This document shows, one piece after another, positions 29,604-41,600 of a stretch of DNA of 64,000 nt. Source of the stretch: an uncultured Planctomycetota bacterium. GTDB lineage: Bacteria > Planctomycetota > Planctomycetia > Isosphaerales > Isosphaeraceae. Numbering within the stretch: position 1 is the first letter of the stretch; each line of letters starts with the position of its first letter. Location: the NCBI GenBank assembly GCA_963737655.1, contig CAVTTN010000002.1, forward strand, positions 3,104,001 through 3,168,000, written 5' to 3'. Under the pieces are notes generated by a model. The model saw nothing but the letters and a program-made list of their open reading frames with translations, did no database searches and was not told where the DNA came from. The translations under genes and the position numbers were made by a program.

Positions 29604-29881
29604 CGTCGCTCTCCCTCTCGGGGAACGCCCCGTCGATCGCTCGGAGTCGGGGCCCCGGCCGGACGGCCCCATCGGGGTTCTCGCCCCCGACATCTTTCGA
29701 TACGACGCCCGCGATCGGTTCGGGCCGGACGGTTCGAAGAAAATTCCGGGCTCGGGGATTTTTCCCCGAATTGCGGAATGCCCCGGGTCTCGATCGTATC
29801 CCCGGGGGGGACGGCGGTTGGCTTCGAGAGGGCCGCTCGCTACGATGGGGCCTCCATTCCCCGGGATCGGAGAGAGGCCCC

Positions 29882-31249
29882 ATGTCCGCGACCCTGGCCG
29901 ACCGCCTGGCCGATTTCGCCCTGTCCGTCCGCTTCGAAGACCTGCCCGCCGAGGTCGTCGCCGAGGCGAAGCGGCGATTGCTCGACGCCTTCGCCTGCGC
30001 CGCCGGGGCCCTGCATGAGCCGTCCTCGACGATCGCCCGGAGTCTGGCCTCTCGGGTGAAGGGCGAGCCGGGCGCGGCCCTGATCGGCGGCGGCCGGTCG
30101 TCGGCCGACTGGGCGGCGTTCGCCAATGGCGTTCATATTCGCTATCTGGATTGCAATGACACATATCTCTCGCTCGAACCGGCCCATCCCAGCGACAACT
30201 GGGCGGCCGTCCTGGCGGTCGGCGAGCACGTCGGGGCCTCGGGACGCGACCTGATCGCCGCGGCGGCGGTGGCCTATGAGGTCCAGTGCCGGCTCTGCGA
30301 CGCGGCGAGCATCCGGGCCCGGGGTTGGGACCACGTCACGTATGGATGCCTTTCCTCGACCCTCGCGGCGGCGAGATTGCTGGGCCTGGACCACGCGAGG
30401 GCCGTCCATGCGCTGGGGATCGCCGGGACGACCGGCACCGCCCTGCGACTGACCCGCGCCGGCGAGCTCTCGATGTGGAAGGGCTGTGCCTTCGCCCATT
30501 CCGCGAGAAATGCGGTGTTCGCGGCGCTGCTCGCCCACGATGGGATGACGGGACCGGCCCCCCTGTTCGAGGGGGACATGGGGTTCTTCCAGCAGGTATC
30601 GGGCCCGTTCGAGTTGACCCGGCTCGGCGGGCCGAGCTCGGCCGACTGGATGCTCCCGAAGACGTCGATCAAGTTCGTCCCGGCCGAGTATCACAGCCAG
30701 TCGGCGATCGCCGCCGCGTTCGCCCTCCGGCCGAAGATCGGCGACCCGTCGCGAATCCGGTCGATCGAGATCGCCACGTTCCGAACGGCCGTCGAGATCA
30801 TCGGCCAGGACCCCGAGAAGTGGCGTCCGAAGACCCGGGAGACCGCCGATCACAGCCTCCCGTACTGCACGGCCGTGGCCCTGGTCGATGGCATGATCTC
30901 GGCCGACCAGTTTTCGCCCGAACGCCTCAACGACCCGGCGTTGCTGGACCTCGTGGCGAGGACCACGGTGATCGAGGACCCCGAGCTGACCGCCGGCTAC
31001 CCCGCCGGCATCCCGAACCGGATCACTGTGACGCTCGACGACGGCTCGAAGCTCGTAGAACGGAACGACTTCCCGCCGGGTCACGACAAGAACCCGCTCA
31101 CCGATGGTCAATTGCGGACGAAGTTCGACGGCCTGGCCGTGGCCGAGATCGGCGCCGAGCGAGCCGAGGCGCTGTGGGACCGGGTGTCGGCGCTGGAGTC
31201 CGACCCTCGCCCGTGGGAGTCGATCGAGTTGATCCGTTCGGCCCGATGA
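29882..31249 (+). CDS. prpD: MmgE/PrpD family protein (2-methylcitrate dehydratase-like)
   Basis: RYLDCNDTY, HPSDN, GWDH, LSMWKG, TRETADHSLPY, PPGH. Confidence 0.85.
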   Translation: MSATLADRLADFALSVRFEDLPAEVVAEAKRRLLDAFACAAGALHEPSSTIARSLASRVKGEPGAALIGGGRSSADWAAFANGVHIRYLDCNDTYLSLEPAHPSDNWAAVLAVGEHVGASGRDLIAAAAVAYEVQCRLCDAASIRARGWDHVTYGCLSSTLAAARLLGLDHARAVHALGIAGTTGTALRLTRAGELSMWKGCAFAHSARNAVFAALLAHDGMTGPAPLFEGDMGFFQQVSGPFELTRLGGPSSADWMLPKTSIKFVPAEYHSQSAIAAAFALRPKIGDPSRIRSIEIATFRTAVEIIGQDPEKWRPKTRETADHSLPYCTAVALVDGMISADQFSPERLNDPALLDLVARTTVIEDPELTAGYPAGIPNRITVTLDDGSKLVERNDFPPGHDKNPLTDGQLRTKFDGLAVAEIGAERAEALWDRVSALESDPRPWESIELIRSAR

Positions 31250-31383
31250 TCGACTGCGGTTGACCGATCGGCGAGCCGAGGGTAAGACCCTGGCTCGCGG
31301 AATCGGAGAAGTCCGCGCGCCGATTGGACGATGATTGGTGTTGTACGGGCTTCGCGGGCCGACGTCCCCAGGGAGGGGGTCGC

Positions 31384-32969
31384 ATGCTGTTCAACACGTA
31401 CAAGTTCGCGTACTTCTTCGGCCTGCTGTTCCCCGTCTACTGGCTGTTGCATCGGCATTTGCGGCTCCAGAACCTGCTGGTCCTGGCCGCGAGTTACTAT
31501 TTCTATGCATGCTGGGAGCCGAAGTTCCTCCTCCTGCTGATCCTCTCGACGGCCTTCGATTTCGGCTGCGGCCTGGCCGTGGACCGGATCGAGGACTCCC
31601 GCAAGCGCAAGCTGTTCGTGGCCATGAGCATGGCGCTCAACCTGGGAATGCTGGGCTATTTCAAATATTTCGACTTTTTCGCGACCAGCATGCAAACGCT
31701 CCTCGCCCGGGGCGGCCTGCACGTGTCGATCCAGCTCCTGCACGTGGTCATGCCGATCGGGATCTCGTTCTACACGTTCCAGTCGATGAGCTACGTGATC
31801 GACGTCTACCGCCGGGAGATCAAGCCGACGCGGGACCCGATCGAGTTCGCCGCGTTCGTGAGCTTCTTCCCTCATCTCGTCGCCGGGCCGATCATGAGGC
31901 CGACGACGTTGCTCCCGCAGATGGAAAGACGCCGGACGTTCAACCCTCAGCAGTTCTACGAGGGATGCTACCTGATCTTCTGGGGCCTCACGAAGAAGGT
32001 GGTCGTCGCCGACAACCTCGAAGTCTTCGTCAAGGACCTCTTCGCCCGCTGGCCGACCATCGACGGCGGCCTCGCCCTCCTGGCGATTTATGCGTTCGCG
32101 TTCCAGATCTATTGCGACTTCTCGGGCTACACCGACGCCGCCCGGGGGATCGCCAAGTGCCTGGGCTTCGAGCTCGCCCTGAACTTCAACCTGCCGTACT
32201 TCGCCACCAGCCCGAAGGACTTCTGGAGCCGCTGGCATATCAGCCTGTCCACCTGGTTGCGCGACTATCTGTACATCCCCCTGGGGGGCAATCGCGGGGC
32301 GAACGGGACGGTCGCGTTCAAGGCGATCTTCGCCGCCATCGCCGCCGGCTGCGCCTGGTACGTGTTCGGGCCGATGCGGCATGCCTCGGTCCTCGAACCG
32401 ACGAAGATGATGTCGATCGGGGCCCTCGTGCTGGCGGCATTCGGCGTGGTTTTGCCGATGACGGGCAAGATCGCGATGTACCGCAACCTCCTGCTCACGA
32501 TGATGATCGGGGGCTCTGGCACGGGGCCCAGTGGACGATGATCCTGTGGGGGACGTACCACGGCCTCTTGCTGGTCGTCCATCGCCTGGTGGAGCCTTTG
32601 TTGAAGCGGTATCGGCCGACCGACCCGGTCGAATCGGCGGGCTGGGCGGCCGTGCGGATGATCGTGACGTTCCACCTCGTCTGCTTCGGCTGGCTCCTGT
32701 TCCGCTCGGAGTCGCTCGACCAGGCGTTCGGGATGATCCGCGCGATCGTCGAGAGGCCGGCGATCCCGGTCTACACGACGTTGATCCCGGTCCTGGTCTG
32801 CATCCTCCCCCTGCTCGCGGTCCAGCTCGTCCAGTACGCATCGAAAGACCTGGACGTGATCTTCCGGCTGCCCTGGTACGTCCGCTCGGTCGTGTACACG
32901 GGGCTGTTCTACGCCTTCGTCCTGGGCGGCCGGTTCGACGGCGAGCGGTTCATCTATTTCCAGTTCTGA
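31384..32969 (+). CDS. MBOAT O-acyltransferase (AlgI/DltB-like; frameshift near 32512)
   Basis: PIGISFYTFQ, FFPHLVAGPI, DFSGYTD, FWSRWHISLSTW, GLWHGA and C-terminal FIYFQF in the next frame. Confidence 0.9.
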
Positions 32970-32988
32970 ACCGGGAAGGGCGATCGCG

Positions 32989-34116
32989 ATGATGGAGGAG
33001 GGGCCTCGGCGACGAGCCCGGCTTCCGTGGGGACTGGCCGGGATGATCGGGCTGGTCGTCCTGGTCGAGGGCTTCCTCGCGCACCATCCCGACCGCTTCG
33101 GCCTGCCGAGCTGGGGCGACTGGTCCTCCGCCGCCCACGCCGCGAGGGACGAGGCGATCGGGGCTGAGGTGCTCCTGTTCGGCGACAGCCAGGTCAAGCT
33201 GGGCGTGCAGCCCCGAGTCATGGAAGCACGGCTCGGCGGACGGGTCCGCTCGCTGGCGGTCTCGGCGGGCCCGAGCCCGGCGAGCTATTTCCTCCTGAAA
33301 CGGGCGCTGGAGGCCGGCGCAAGTCCGAGCGCGGTCGTGGTGAGCTTCCATCCCCACCTGCTGCAGGAAGGGCCCCGGCATACGATCACCTACTGGCCCG
33401 AGCTCCTCAACCTGCGAGAAGCGTTCGAGCTCTCGAGGACGGCCCGCGATCCCAGCCTGCTCGCCGAGATCGCCCTGGGCCGGCTGATCCCGTCGATCGG
33501 CGGTCGCCACGAGGTCCGCGACGCCATCGCCTCGGCCCTGATCGGCCAGCCGAAGGGCCGGACCGACGCGATGCTCGCCTCGTGGCGGAACTGGAACGCG
33601 AACCGGGGCGGCTTCCTCATGGGCAACAATCCGAATTATCGGGGCGAGGTGGCGCCGGTATTCGCCTCGTTGTTCCCTCCCTCGTGGAAGCCCGATCCCG
33701 CCTCCGCCTCGTACCTCCGGCGGTTCCTTCGGCTGGCGAGGAGCCGGAAAATCCCGGTGGTCTGGCTGATCCCGCCGTTCGTTCCCGAGGCCCAGTCTCG
33801 CCGCGAAAACCTGGGGCTCGATGCGGGCTACACCGCGTTCGCGAAGGCCGTTCAGCGTGAATTCCCGGAGGTCACGGTGATCGACGCCCGCCATTCAGGC
33901 TACCAGGCGACGGAGTTCGCCGACCCGGTCCACCTGAACCGGCGAGGGGCCGTCGCGATGACCGAGGAGCTCGCCGAGGTCGTCGCCCAGGGCCTGACCG
34001 CCGGCCGATGGGTCGTCCTCCCGCTGTATCGCGAACATCCCGAACGAACGCCCCTGGAAGACGCATCGCAATCGACGCTCGCCCTGAAAAACCTCGGCCC
34101 GAGGGTGGTGCGATGA
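32989..34116 (+). CDS. SGNH-like (DltD/AlgJ-type) acyltransferase, copy 1
   Basis: N-terminal TM, LLFGDS, FADPVHLN (DxxH). Confidence 0.75.
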   Translation: MMEEGPRRRARLPWGLAGMIGLVVLVEGFLAHHPDRFGLPSWGDWSSAAHAARDEAIGAEVLLFGDSQVKLGVQPRVMEARLGGRVRSLAVSAGPSPASYFLLKRALEAGASPSAVVVSFHPHLLQEGPRHTITYWPELLNLREAFELSRTARDPSLLAEIALGRLIPSIGGRHEVRDAIASALIGQPKGRTDAMLASWRNWNANRGGFLMGNNPNYRGEVAPVFASLFPPSWKPDPASASYLRRFLRLARSRKIPVVWLIPPFVPEAQSRRENLGLDAGYTAFAKAVQREFPEVTVIDARHSGYQATEFADPVHLNRRGAVAMTEELAEVVAQGLTAGRWVVLPLYREHPERTPLEDASQSTLALKNLGPRVVR

Positions 34117-35243
34117 TCTCCGACCGCGTGAAATCGGCCTGCAAGCATCTCCCCGGCGGCTTCGTCGGCATGGTCCTGCTGCTGGTCATCATCGAACGCT
34201 GGGTCGCCAAGCATTCGCTCGATTTCGGGACGCCCACCGCGGCCGACTGGCGGCAGTCGGCCGGCTCGGCGACGAAGAGGGCGCCCAAGGCCGAGGTCCT
34301 GCTGTTCGGCGACTCGATGGTGAAGTTCGGCGTCCTGCCCCGGGTCCTCGAATCGGGCCTGAAGCGGTCGGCCTACAGCCTGGCCCTGTACAACGGCACG
34401 CCGCAAACCAGCTATTTCCTGCTGAAACGGGCGATCGACTCGGGGGCGAGCCCCAGGGCGATCGTCGTCGATTTCCAGCCGGAATTGCTGATGGCCGACC
34501 ACATCCGCCTGCACGTCCGGCAGTGGCCCGAGGTGCTCCGGCCTCGCGACGTGGTCGAGCTCGCCCGGGAGTCCGGCGAGCCCGACTTCGCCCTGGCCAC
34601 CCTGGCCGCCGAGGTCTTCCCCACCGTGAAGGATCGAGCCGAGATCCGCCTGGCGATCACCGAATCGCTGGGCGGGCGGCCCGCGTCGCCCCGTCCTTAT
34701 CTGATCACGTATGCACGCAACTGGCGGGAGAATCGCGGGGCACAGGTGCTCCCCCGGAACCCGGGGTATGCCGGCGAGGTGCCGCCGACCTACGCCCTGT
34801 TCTTCGACCAATGGGCCGCGAAGCCGCTGAACGCGGCGTTCGTGAGGAAGTTCCTGAAGCTGGCCGAGTCCCGCGAGATCCCCGTGTTCTGGGTCCTGCC
34901 CCCGAACGTCCCGCCGGTCCAGGCCCGGCGACTGGCGATCGGTTTGACCCCTCGATACGACGCCTTCGCGCATTCCGCCGTGGAGAAGTATCGGAACCTG
35001 ACCGTCCTCGATGCTCGCGAGATCGGCTTCGGCCACGAGAAGTTCATCGACGCCGTCCACCTCGACCGCCAGGGGGCCGCCGAGCTCTCGGCCAGCGTGG
35101 CGGAGGCGATCGCCCGGAGGCTGGGAGGGTCGGAAACCCGGCGATGGCTCGCGCTCCGGCCTTCGGCTCGATCCCGAGAAATCCCCCTGGAGGACACCGA
35201 ACAATCGCGATTGGCACTCCTCCGGGCGGGGGCGTTCCGATGA
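34113..35243 (+). CDS. SGNH-like (DltD/AlgJ-type) acyltransferase, copy 2
   Basis: ATGA overlap; TM, LLFGDS, FIDAVHLD. Confidence 0.75.
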   Translation: MISDRVKSACKHLPGGFVGMVLLLVIIERWVAKHSLDFGTPTAADWRQSAGSATKRAPKAEVLLFGDSMVKFGVLPRVLESGLKRSAYSLALYNGTPQTSYFLLKRAIDSGASPRAIVVDFQPELLMADHIRLHVRQWPEVLRPRDVVELARESGEPDFALATLAAEVFPTVKDRAEIRLAITESLGGRPASPRPYLITYARNWRENRGAQVLPRNPGYAGEVPPTYALFFDQWAAKPLNAAFVRKFLKLAESREIPVFWVLPPNVPPVQARRLAIGLTPRYDAFAHSAVEKYRNLTVLDAREIGFGHEKFIDAVHLDRQGAAELSASVAEAIARRLGGSETRRWLALRPSARSREIPLEDTEQSRLALLRAGAFR

Positions 35244-36376
35244 TGAAGGAAAACGCAAGCGGCGAGGCTCCGTCCCGATTCCGGGTGCCGCTGGGGCTGG
35301 TCGGCGCCCTGGCGATGATCGCCGCCGTGGAGTCGGCGATCGGCTCCAACGCGATGTCGTTCCGCAACCCCTGGGGCTGGGACTGGTTCCAGGCCAATCG
35401 CGCGGCCGAGAAGGAGGCGCCTCGGTGCGAGGTCCTCTTCTTCGGCGATAGCATGGTCAAGTTCGGCGTGGCGCCCCGGGTCGTCGAGCGGGAAAGCGGA
35501 CGCAAGGCGTACAACCTCGCGATCGCGGCCGGCCCGGTCCCGGCCAGCTATTTCCTGTTCCGAAGGGCGATCGAAGGCGGGGCCCGGCCCAAGGCGGTGG
35601 TGATCGACGCGATTCCGCATCTCCTGGCCTCGGGCCTCTCGCCCAGCGCCGTCTTGTGGCCCGATCTGCTCTCCTCTCGCGACTGCCTGGAACTGGCTTA
35701 TGAGGCGAAGGACGCCGATTTCTTCGCCTCGACGAGCGTGGCCAGGCTGTTTCCTTCGGTCCGGGACCGGATCGGCATCCGCAACGCCCTGATGGCGGCC
35801 TTTCGAGGGGAGCCGCCCCCCCTTCGCAACGGCGTGGGCACGTATCTCCGCAACTGGCGGGAGAACCGAGGGGCCCAGGTCATGAAGCGCGACCCGAACG
35901 CCCCCCCGATCCCGGCCGACCCCTGGGCCCCGGCCCTCTTCCCCGATTCCTGGCGTCCCGATCCGATCAACACCCATTTTCTCCGAGAATTCTTCCGCCT
36001 GGCCGACCTCCACGGGATCCAGGTCTACTGGTTGCTGCCCCCGTTCGGACCCGAGGTCCAGGCCCGCCGCGACTCCGGGGGCCGCGACGCCGAATATGAG
36101 GCATTCGTCCGCAAGGTCCGCCAGAAACACCCCAATGTGATCGTCCTGGACGCCCGACGCCGAGGCTACGGCGACGACGTCCACATCGACCCCATCCACC
36201 TCGACCTCCGAGGCGCCTCGGCCCTGAGCCGGGACCTGGCGGACCTCCTCGCCCGCCCGCCCGACCGCCTCACCTCCTGGACCCAAATGCCCCCCTTCCG
36301 CGAACCCTCGCCGGGAGGGCCGCTGGAAGACGTGGAGCAATCCGGGATTGCGGTGATGCTCCGCCATCGGCGATAG
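35240..36376 (+). CDS. SGNH-like (DltD/AlgJ-type) acyltransferase, copy 3
   Basis: ATGA overlap; TM, LFFGDS, HIDPIHLD. Confidence 0.75.
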   Translation: MMKENASGEAPSRFRVPLGLVGALAMIAAVESAIGSNAMSFRNPWGWDWFQANRAAEKEAPRCEVLFFGDSMVKFGVAPRVVERESGRKAYNLAIAAGPVPASYFLFRRAIEGGARPKAVVIDAIPHLLASGLSPSAVLWPDLLSSRDCLELAYEAKDADFFASTSVARLFPSVRDRIGIRNALMAAFRGEPPPLRNGVGTYLRNWRENRGAQVMKRDPNAPPIPADPWAPALFPDSWRPDPINTHFLREFFRLADLHGIQVYWLLPPFGPEVQARRDSGGRDAEYEAFVRKVRQKHPNVIVLDARRRGYGDDVHIDPIHLDLRGASALSRDLADLLARPPDRLTSWTQMPPFREPSPGGPLEDVEQSGIAVMLRHRR

Positions 36377-36408
36377 AAGACCCGGGCCGACATCGCCGGA
36401 CCGCCCGG

Positions 36409-37637
36409 GTGAGCGCCGTGAATCCGTTCGAAGCCGAAGTAAACGTCCTGACCACGGACGAGGGCCGCGCCCTGCTGGCGGAGGTCCAGGAGGTCGCTTC
36501 GCCGACGGTCCGCGACATCGACCGCTGGCGGAAGGCGTTCGCGGCCGAGGTCGTCTCGGCGGCCGTCCGGCTGGCCGATTCGCGGAGACGGGGTCGAGCC
36601 AAGTTCTCTCGGCCCAGGAGATGTGGCTCGACCCGGTCGGCCTCGAACAGGCGACTTCCGAACCCGTCGCCCGGCACAAGGCGAGGCGTCTGAACGAGGG
36701 AGTGGTCTTCGACGTCTGCTCGGGCGTGGGCGGCGACTCGGTGGCGATGGCCTCGGCCGGGGCGCGGGTCGTCTCGATCGATCGAAGCCGCGAGCGTCTG
36801 CGCCGAACCTTCTGGAACGCCCGGGTTTATGGCGTCGAAACCGCGATCCTCCCGGTCCGGTCGATGGCGGAATCCCTGGCGATGCCGCAATCGGCCCGGG
36901 TCCACATCGACCCCGACCGCCGGATCGGTCGCGACCGCCGGGCCCGGGCCGTCGCCGATTATTCGCCGGGCTTGCCGTTCCTGAGATCGCTCGTCAACTC
37001 GGCCCGAGGCGGGGCGATCAAATTGGGGCCGGCGAGCGACTTTTCCGTGTTTTTCGATCCGCTTCGGACCGAAATCGAACTCATCAGCCTTGGGGGCGAG
37101 TGCAAGGAGGCGACCGTGTGGTTCGGCGATCGGGCGACGGGTCGCAGGAGGGCGACGGCGTTGCCCTCTGGGGCGTCGTGGACCGACCGGGACGGGCCGG
37201 ATTCCCCGGCGGCGGTCGGCCCGCTCGCGTCCTGCATCTTCGACCCCGACCCGGCGCTGGTCCGCTCGGGGTTGCTGGATGGGTTCGCGGTCGTTCACGG
37301 GTTGGCCCGGTTCGCCCCCGGGATCGACCTGCTGACCGGCCCCGGGCCGGTGCGCTCGCCGTGGCTGGCGGCCTTCGAGGTCCTCGACGTGCTGCCGATG
37401 GACCTGAAGCGGCTCCGTAAGTCCCTGGGGAATCGAGGGATCGGCGAGGTGGAGATCAAGCCCCGGGGGGTGGACGTCCGGCCCGAGACGCTCCGAAAAT
37501 CGCTCGGCCTCGAAGGAGAGATCCGGGCGGCCCTGTTCCCGATCGGCGGGGACGGCCCGAGGCGGGCGATCCTGGCGAGGCGGACCGACTTTGCGGCTTC
37601 ACCTCCTTGCCCGGAATCGCCGGGACTGGCAGACTGA
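36409..37637 (+). CDS. Class I SAM-dependent methyltransferase with THUMP-like C-terminus (frameshift near 36614)
   Basis: GRAKF...LEQATSE, DVCSGVGGD, IDPDRR, KLGP, ECKEA, EIKPRG. Confidence 0.8.
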
Positions 37638-37701
37638 GGGACGATCGCCGGGGTCGGACCCGACCTCACCTCGTTCTCTTCCCTGGATGGGTGCATCACC
37701 G

Positions 37702-38625
37702 ATGACGACCTCGCGGCCCTGGACCCGGCCCCTCGCCCTGCTCGCCGCGACCGTGATCGCGGCCTCGGTCACCTCGTCGGCCTCGGCCGACACCAAGCTC
37801 CGGTGGAAGTTCGTCGCCGGCAAGTCCTATCAGTACAAGGTCACCCAGAAGACCAGCTCGAAGATGACGATCCAGGGCCGGGACCTGGACCAGACGATCA
37901 CCCAGGACATGGACATGACCTGGGAGATCAAGTCGGTCAAGCCCGACGGCTCCGCCGAGATGGTCCAGAAGATTGACCGGATCAAATTCATGATGGACGC
38001 GCCGTTCGGCAAGGTCAGCATCGATACCAAGGACGGCAAGGACCCCGAAGGCCCGATGGCGGCGATCGGGCCGATCTTCCGGGCCCTGGCCGGGGCGCCG
38101 GTCAGCCTGACGATGACCCCTCGGGGCGAGATCCAGGACGTCAAGGTCCCCCAGGAGCTGGTGGACGCGCTGAAGAACGCCGGCCCTGGCGCGGCGGCGG
38201 CCGGCGGGATGTTTTCCGAGGAGGGCCTGAAGAACCTGGTCAGCCAGGCCAGCCTCGTCCTGCCCGAGGCGGCCGTCGCCAAGGGGGCGAGCTGGAAGTC
38301 GGAAAAAGCGATCGATACCCCCCCCCTGGGCACGATGGTGATGGATAACACCTACACCTATCTGGGTTCGGAGAAGGGTGCCGAGAAGATCGGCTTGAAC
38401 CTCAAGATCACGCTCAAGGCCAAGGCCGATTCCCCCGTCCAGGTCACCATCGGCGACCAGGCGAACACCGGTTCGTTCGCATTCGACAACGTCGCCGGCC
38501 TGCTCAAGGCGTCCTCGGTGACCCAGAAGACCAAGATGACCATCTCCACCATGGGCCAGGAGTTCGTCCAGGACGTGACGTCCGAGACGGCCATGACCCT
38601 GGCTTCGCCGGGAACTTCGAGGTAA
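37702..38625 (+). CDS. Secreted beta-rich hypothetical protein (DUF6263-like)
   Basis: Signal peptide, LRWKF...G...Y, LPE..V.KG.SW, FDN..GLL. Confidence 0.7.
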   Translation: MTTSRPWTRPLALLAATVIAASVTSSASADTKLRWKFVAGKSYQYKVTQKTSSKMTIQGRDLDQTITQDMDMTWEIKSVKPDGSAEMVQKIDRIKFMMDAPFGKVSIDTKDGKDPEGPMAAIGPIFRALAGAPVSLTMTPRGEIQDVKVPQELVDALKNAGPGAAAAGGMFSEEGLKNLVSQASLVLPEAAVAKGASWKSEKAIDTPPLGTMVMDNTYTYLGSEKGAEKIGLNLKITLKAKADSPVQVTIGDQANTGSFAFDNVAGLLKASSVTQKTKMTISTMGQEFVQDVTSETAMTLASPGTSR

Positions 38626-38634
38626 TCGGTCCAG

Positions 38635-38673
38635 GAGGGCCGTCGGGCAAGTCCGAGCCGCCCGACGGCCCTC
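38635..38673. terminator. Hairpin between convergent genes
   Basis: GAGGGCCGTCGGGC ... GCCCGACGGCCCTC, 14-bp perfect stem. Confidence 0.55.
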
Positions 38674-38696
38674 TCGATCCCATCGCGGACCGCCGA

Positions 38697-41600
38697 TCAC
38701 GCCAGCCCGTGTTTCTTCAATTTGCTGAAGAACGTGCTCCGGGGCATCTTCAGGAGCCGCGCGGCCTCGCTCTTGATCCCCCCCGCCTCGGCCAGCGCCT
38801 CAACAAGCATCTGCCGCTCGTCGGCCTCGGACTCGCGGTCCATCGGCCCGTCGTCGAGGTCTCGGCCGCCCGGCACGGTGACCAACGCCGGAGTCCTGGT
38901 CCGGCGACGGGCTGGACGGCGGATCTCGCCCGGCAAGTCGTCCCGGGTCAGCGCCGGACCGTCGGCCAGCACCACGGCCCGTTCGATCACGTTCTCCAGC
39001 TCCCGGATATTGCCCGGCCAGTCGTGGGCGATCAAAGCCTCGATGGCCGAGTCGTCCAGGTGGGTGACCGGCTTGCCCACCCTCCGGGCATGCTGGATCA
39101 AGAAGTGAACGGCGAGCTCGAAAATGTCCTCCCGGCGCTCGCGGAGGGCCGGGGTGCGAATGCTGATCACGTTCAGCCGATAATACAGGTCCTCGCGGAA
39201 TTTCCCCTCGCGGATCAGCCCTTCCAGGTCCTGGTGAGTCGCCGCGACGATCCTCACGTCCACCGTGATCGACTGGGAACTGCCCACCTTCTCGAACGCC
39301 ATCTCCTGGAGGACCCGCAAAAGCTTCGTCTGGACCTCCAAATTGATGTCGCCGATCTCGTCCAGGAACAGGGTGCCGCCGTCGGCCTGCTGGAACCGGC
39401 CGATCCGGTCCCGATGGGCATCGGTGAAGGCCCCCTTGACGTGGCCGAAAAGCTCGGATTCCAGCAATCCTTGCGAGAGGGCCGCGCAATGGACCTTCAC
39501 GAACGGTCGGCCCACCCGGGGGCTTGCCGCGTGGATCGCCTCGGCCAGAAGTTCTTTGCCCGTCCCGCTTTCCCCCCGAATCAGGACGGCCGACGGACTC
39601 GCCGCCACCTTCCTCGCCACCTCCAGCATCCGGCGGACGGCCCGGCTCGACCCCTTGATCGGCCCGAACACCGCCGGAGGGGCCGTTGCCAGGGCCATCT
39701 CGCCGGAACCCGGCAGAGTCCCCCCAATCGGCGAGGTCAACTGGTCCTGGAGGATCAGGATTCGCCGTTGCTGCTCGGCGATCTTCTCCACCTTGTCGCG
39801 CAGCTCGTGATTCAGAAGTTCCAGAGTGGCCTGGATTTCGGCCGATCGGAGCGCCAGCGTCGCCACCGAGCCCAGGGCCGCGAGAAAGGCAATCTCCTCG
39901 TCCTCATACGGCATCCCGCTCCGCTTCGGGCCCAGGACCAGCAAGCCCGGGGGCACGCCGTCGGCAATCAACGGGGTGGCGATCTCCCCTCCCAGCGCGA
40001 TCAGGGCATCCGCCGCCGGTCCCGAAGTCGGCCCAATTGAGCCAGTCCCCCGCGATGACCCCTCGGCGGCCCCTCGGAGGTGTTCCACCAGCGGGTTGCC
40101 CTCCTCAAGGATCGTCTCCTCGGGTTCCGGGCCGCTCGAAGCAGCCAAAAAAAGCCGGCCACCCTCCGCTTCGGCCAGGTAGATAGCTCCCCATTCAACC
40201 CGCAGCACGTCTCCGGCCGCCTCCAGCAACCGCCTCCCGAGCGTCTCGCGATCGACCAGACGATCCACGGCGGCGCTCATTTTCCGCATCGCCTGATCGA
40301 ATTTGTACTTTTCGCGGTGGAACCGGCGGTCGATGGCCGTCTGGAACCTCTGCCGGGCCGCGCCGGAGAGGATCAGCACCACGATGGCCGTGATCCACGC
40401 CACCACGGCGCCCATCGATGCCTGTTTGTCGAGCAGCCTTTCGCCGATGATGAGCGCGCCGACCACCAGGACGCCCGAGTACAACAGGCCAGCCATCACG
40501 CTGACCGCCACGTACACCACCCCGCGATTGAGCAGGGCTTCGGCCTGCGTCAGCTTGTAGCGTGTGATGCTCAGGGCATAGGCAATCGTGTAGAAAACCG
40601 ACACGAGGAACATTGGCCAGGCCGACCGGGTCATCCCCAGCCGGGCCGGGTCGATCATCGCATCCCAGAGCAGCCAGCTAATCGGCAGGAAGGAAAGCAG
40701 GGTCGCCAGCAAGATCCATCGGACCTGGTTCCGCTCGGCGGGCGTCGGCGACGTGCGATAGCTGTAGATCAGGCAGAGGAAACAGGCCACGAAGAGAACA
40801 AAAGCGAACCCCACGTAGCCCAACGCCAGCCGGCGGAGCAAATCGAGGGCGAACTCGACCCACGGCCCTTCGGACATCATCCGCGACCACGCCATGCAGC
40901 CCCACATCGCCAGCAGCGCCCCGATCGGCACGCCGTAAAGCAGCCTAAGTAAGACCCGTCGATGGGCGACCAGCAACGGATTGGGTCGAGGGAAGACCAG
41001 GTAGAAGTGGAGACTGACGATCGGGACGAACACGGCGAAAGCCGCGAACAGGTAGATCAAGGGTAAGAACACCACGATTTGCGACCAGTGGTAACCCCCC
41101 ATGAAGGCGCCCACCGTCACCACGCAGTTCCAGAAGAAGATCCGGGCCGAGGCGTCTCGCGGCCTCCTCGCCAGGACCCGCCATCCCACGGCGAAGATCA
41201 CCATTTCCTGGAGGAACCAGAGGACCGACCACACGAACGCCCCGGCCGGGGGGCGGCGGACCACGACCTCCCCTCGGCGCAGTTCGGAGTCGTCGGCCGA
41301 CGTCCAGACGACCTCCACCGCCTGGCCGATCCGGTCCCGGACCACCCGCAACGCCCGGACGTAATCGGCGTAATTCCGAACCGGCTGACCGGCGATGGAT
41401 TCGATCGAATCCCCCACGCCCGGAGGGCCGGGCGACCAGGCTCCTCGGCCCGTCGAGTCGCCCGCCGATGGCTGGACCCGCCAGGAATACGGGGCCACTT
41501 CCTTCACCTTGCGGCCGAACACACAACGAATCCCGAGATCGCCATTATAAGCGACAAGACCGAGCACCGAAACCGAATAAAAGATCACGAAAAGCGACGG

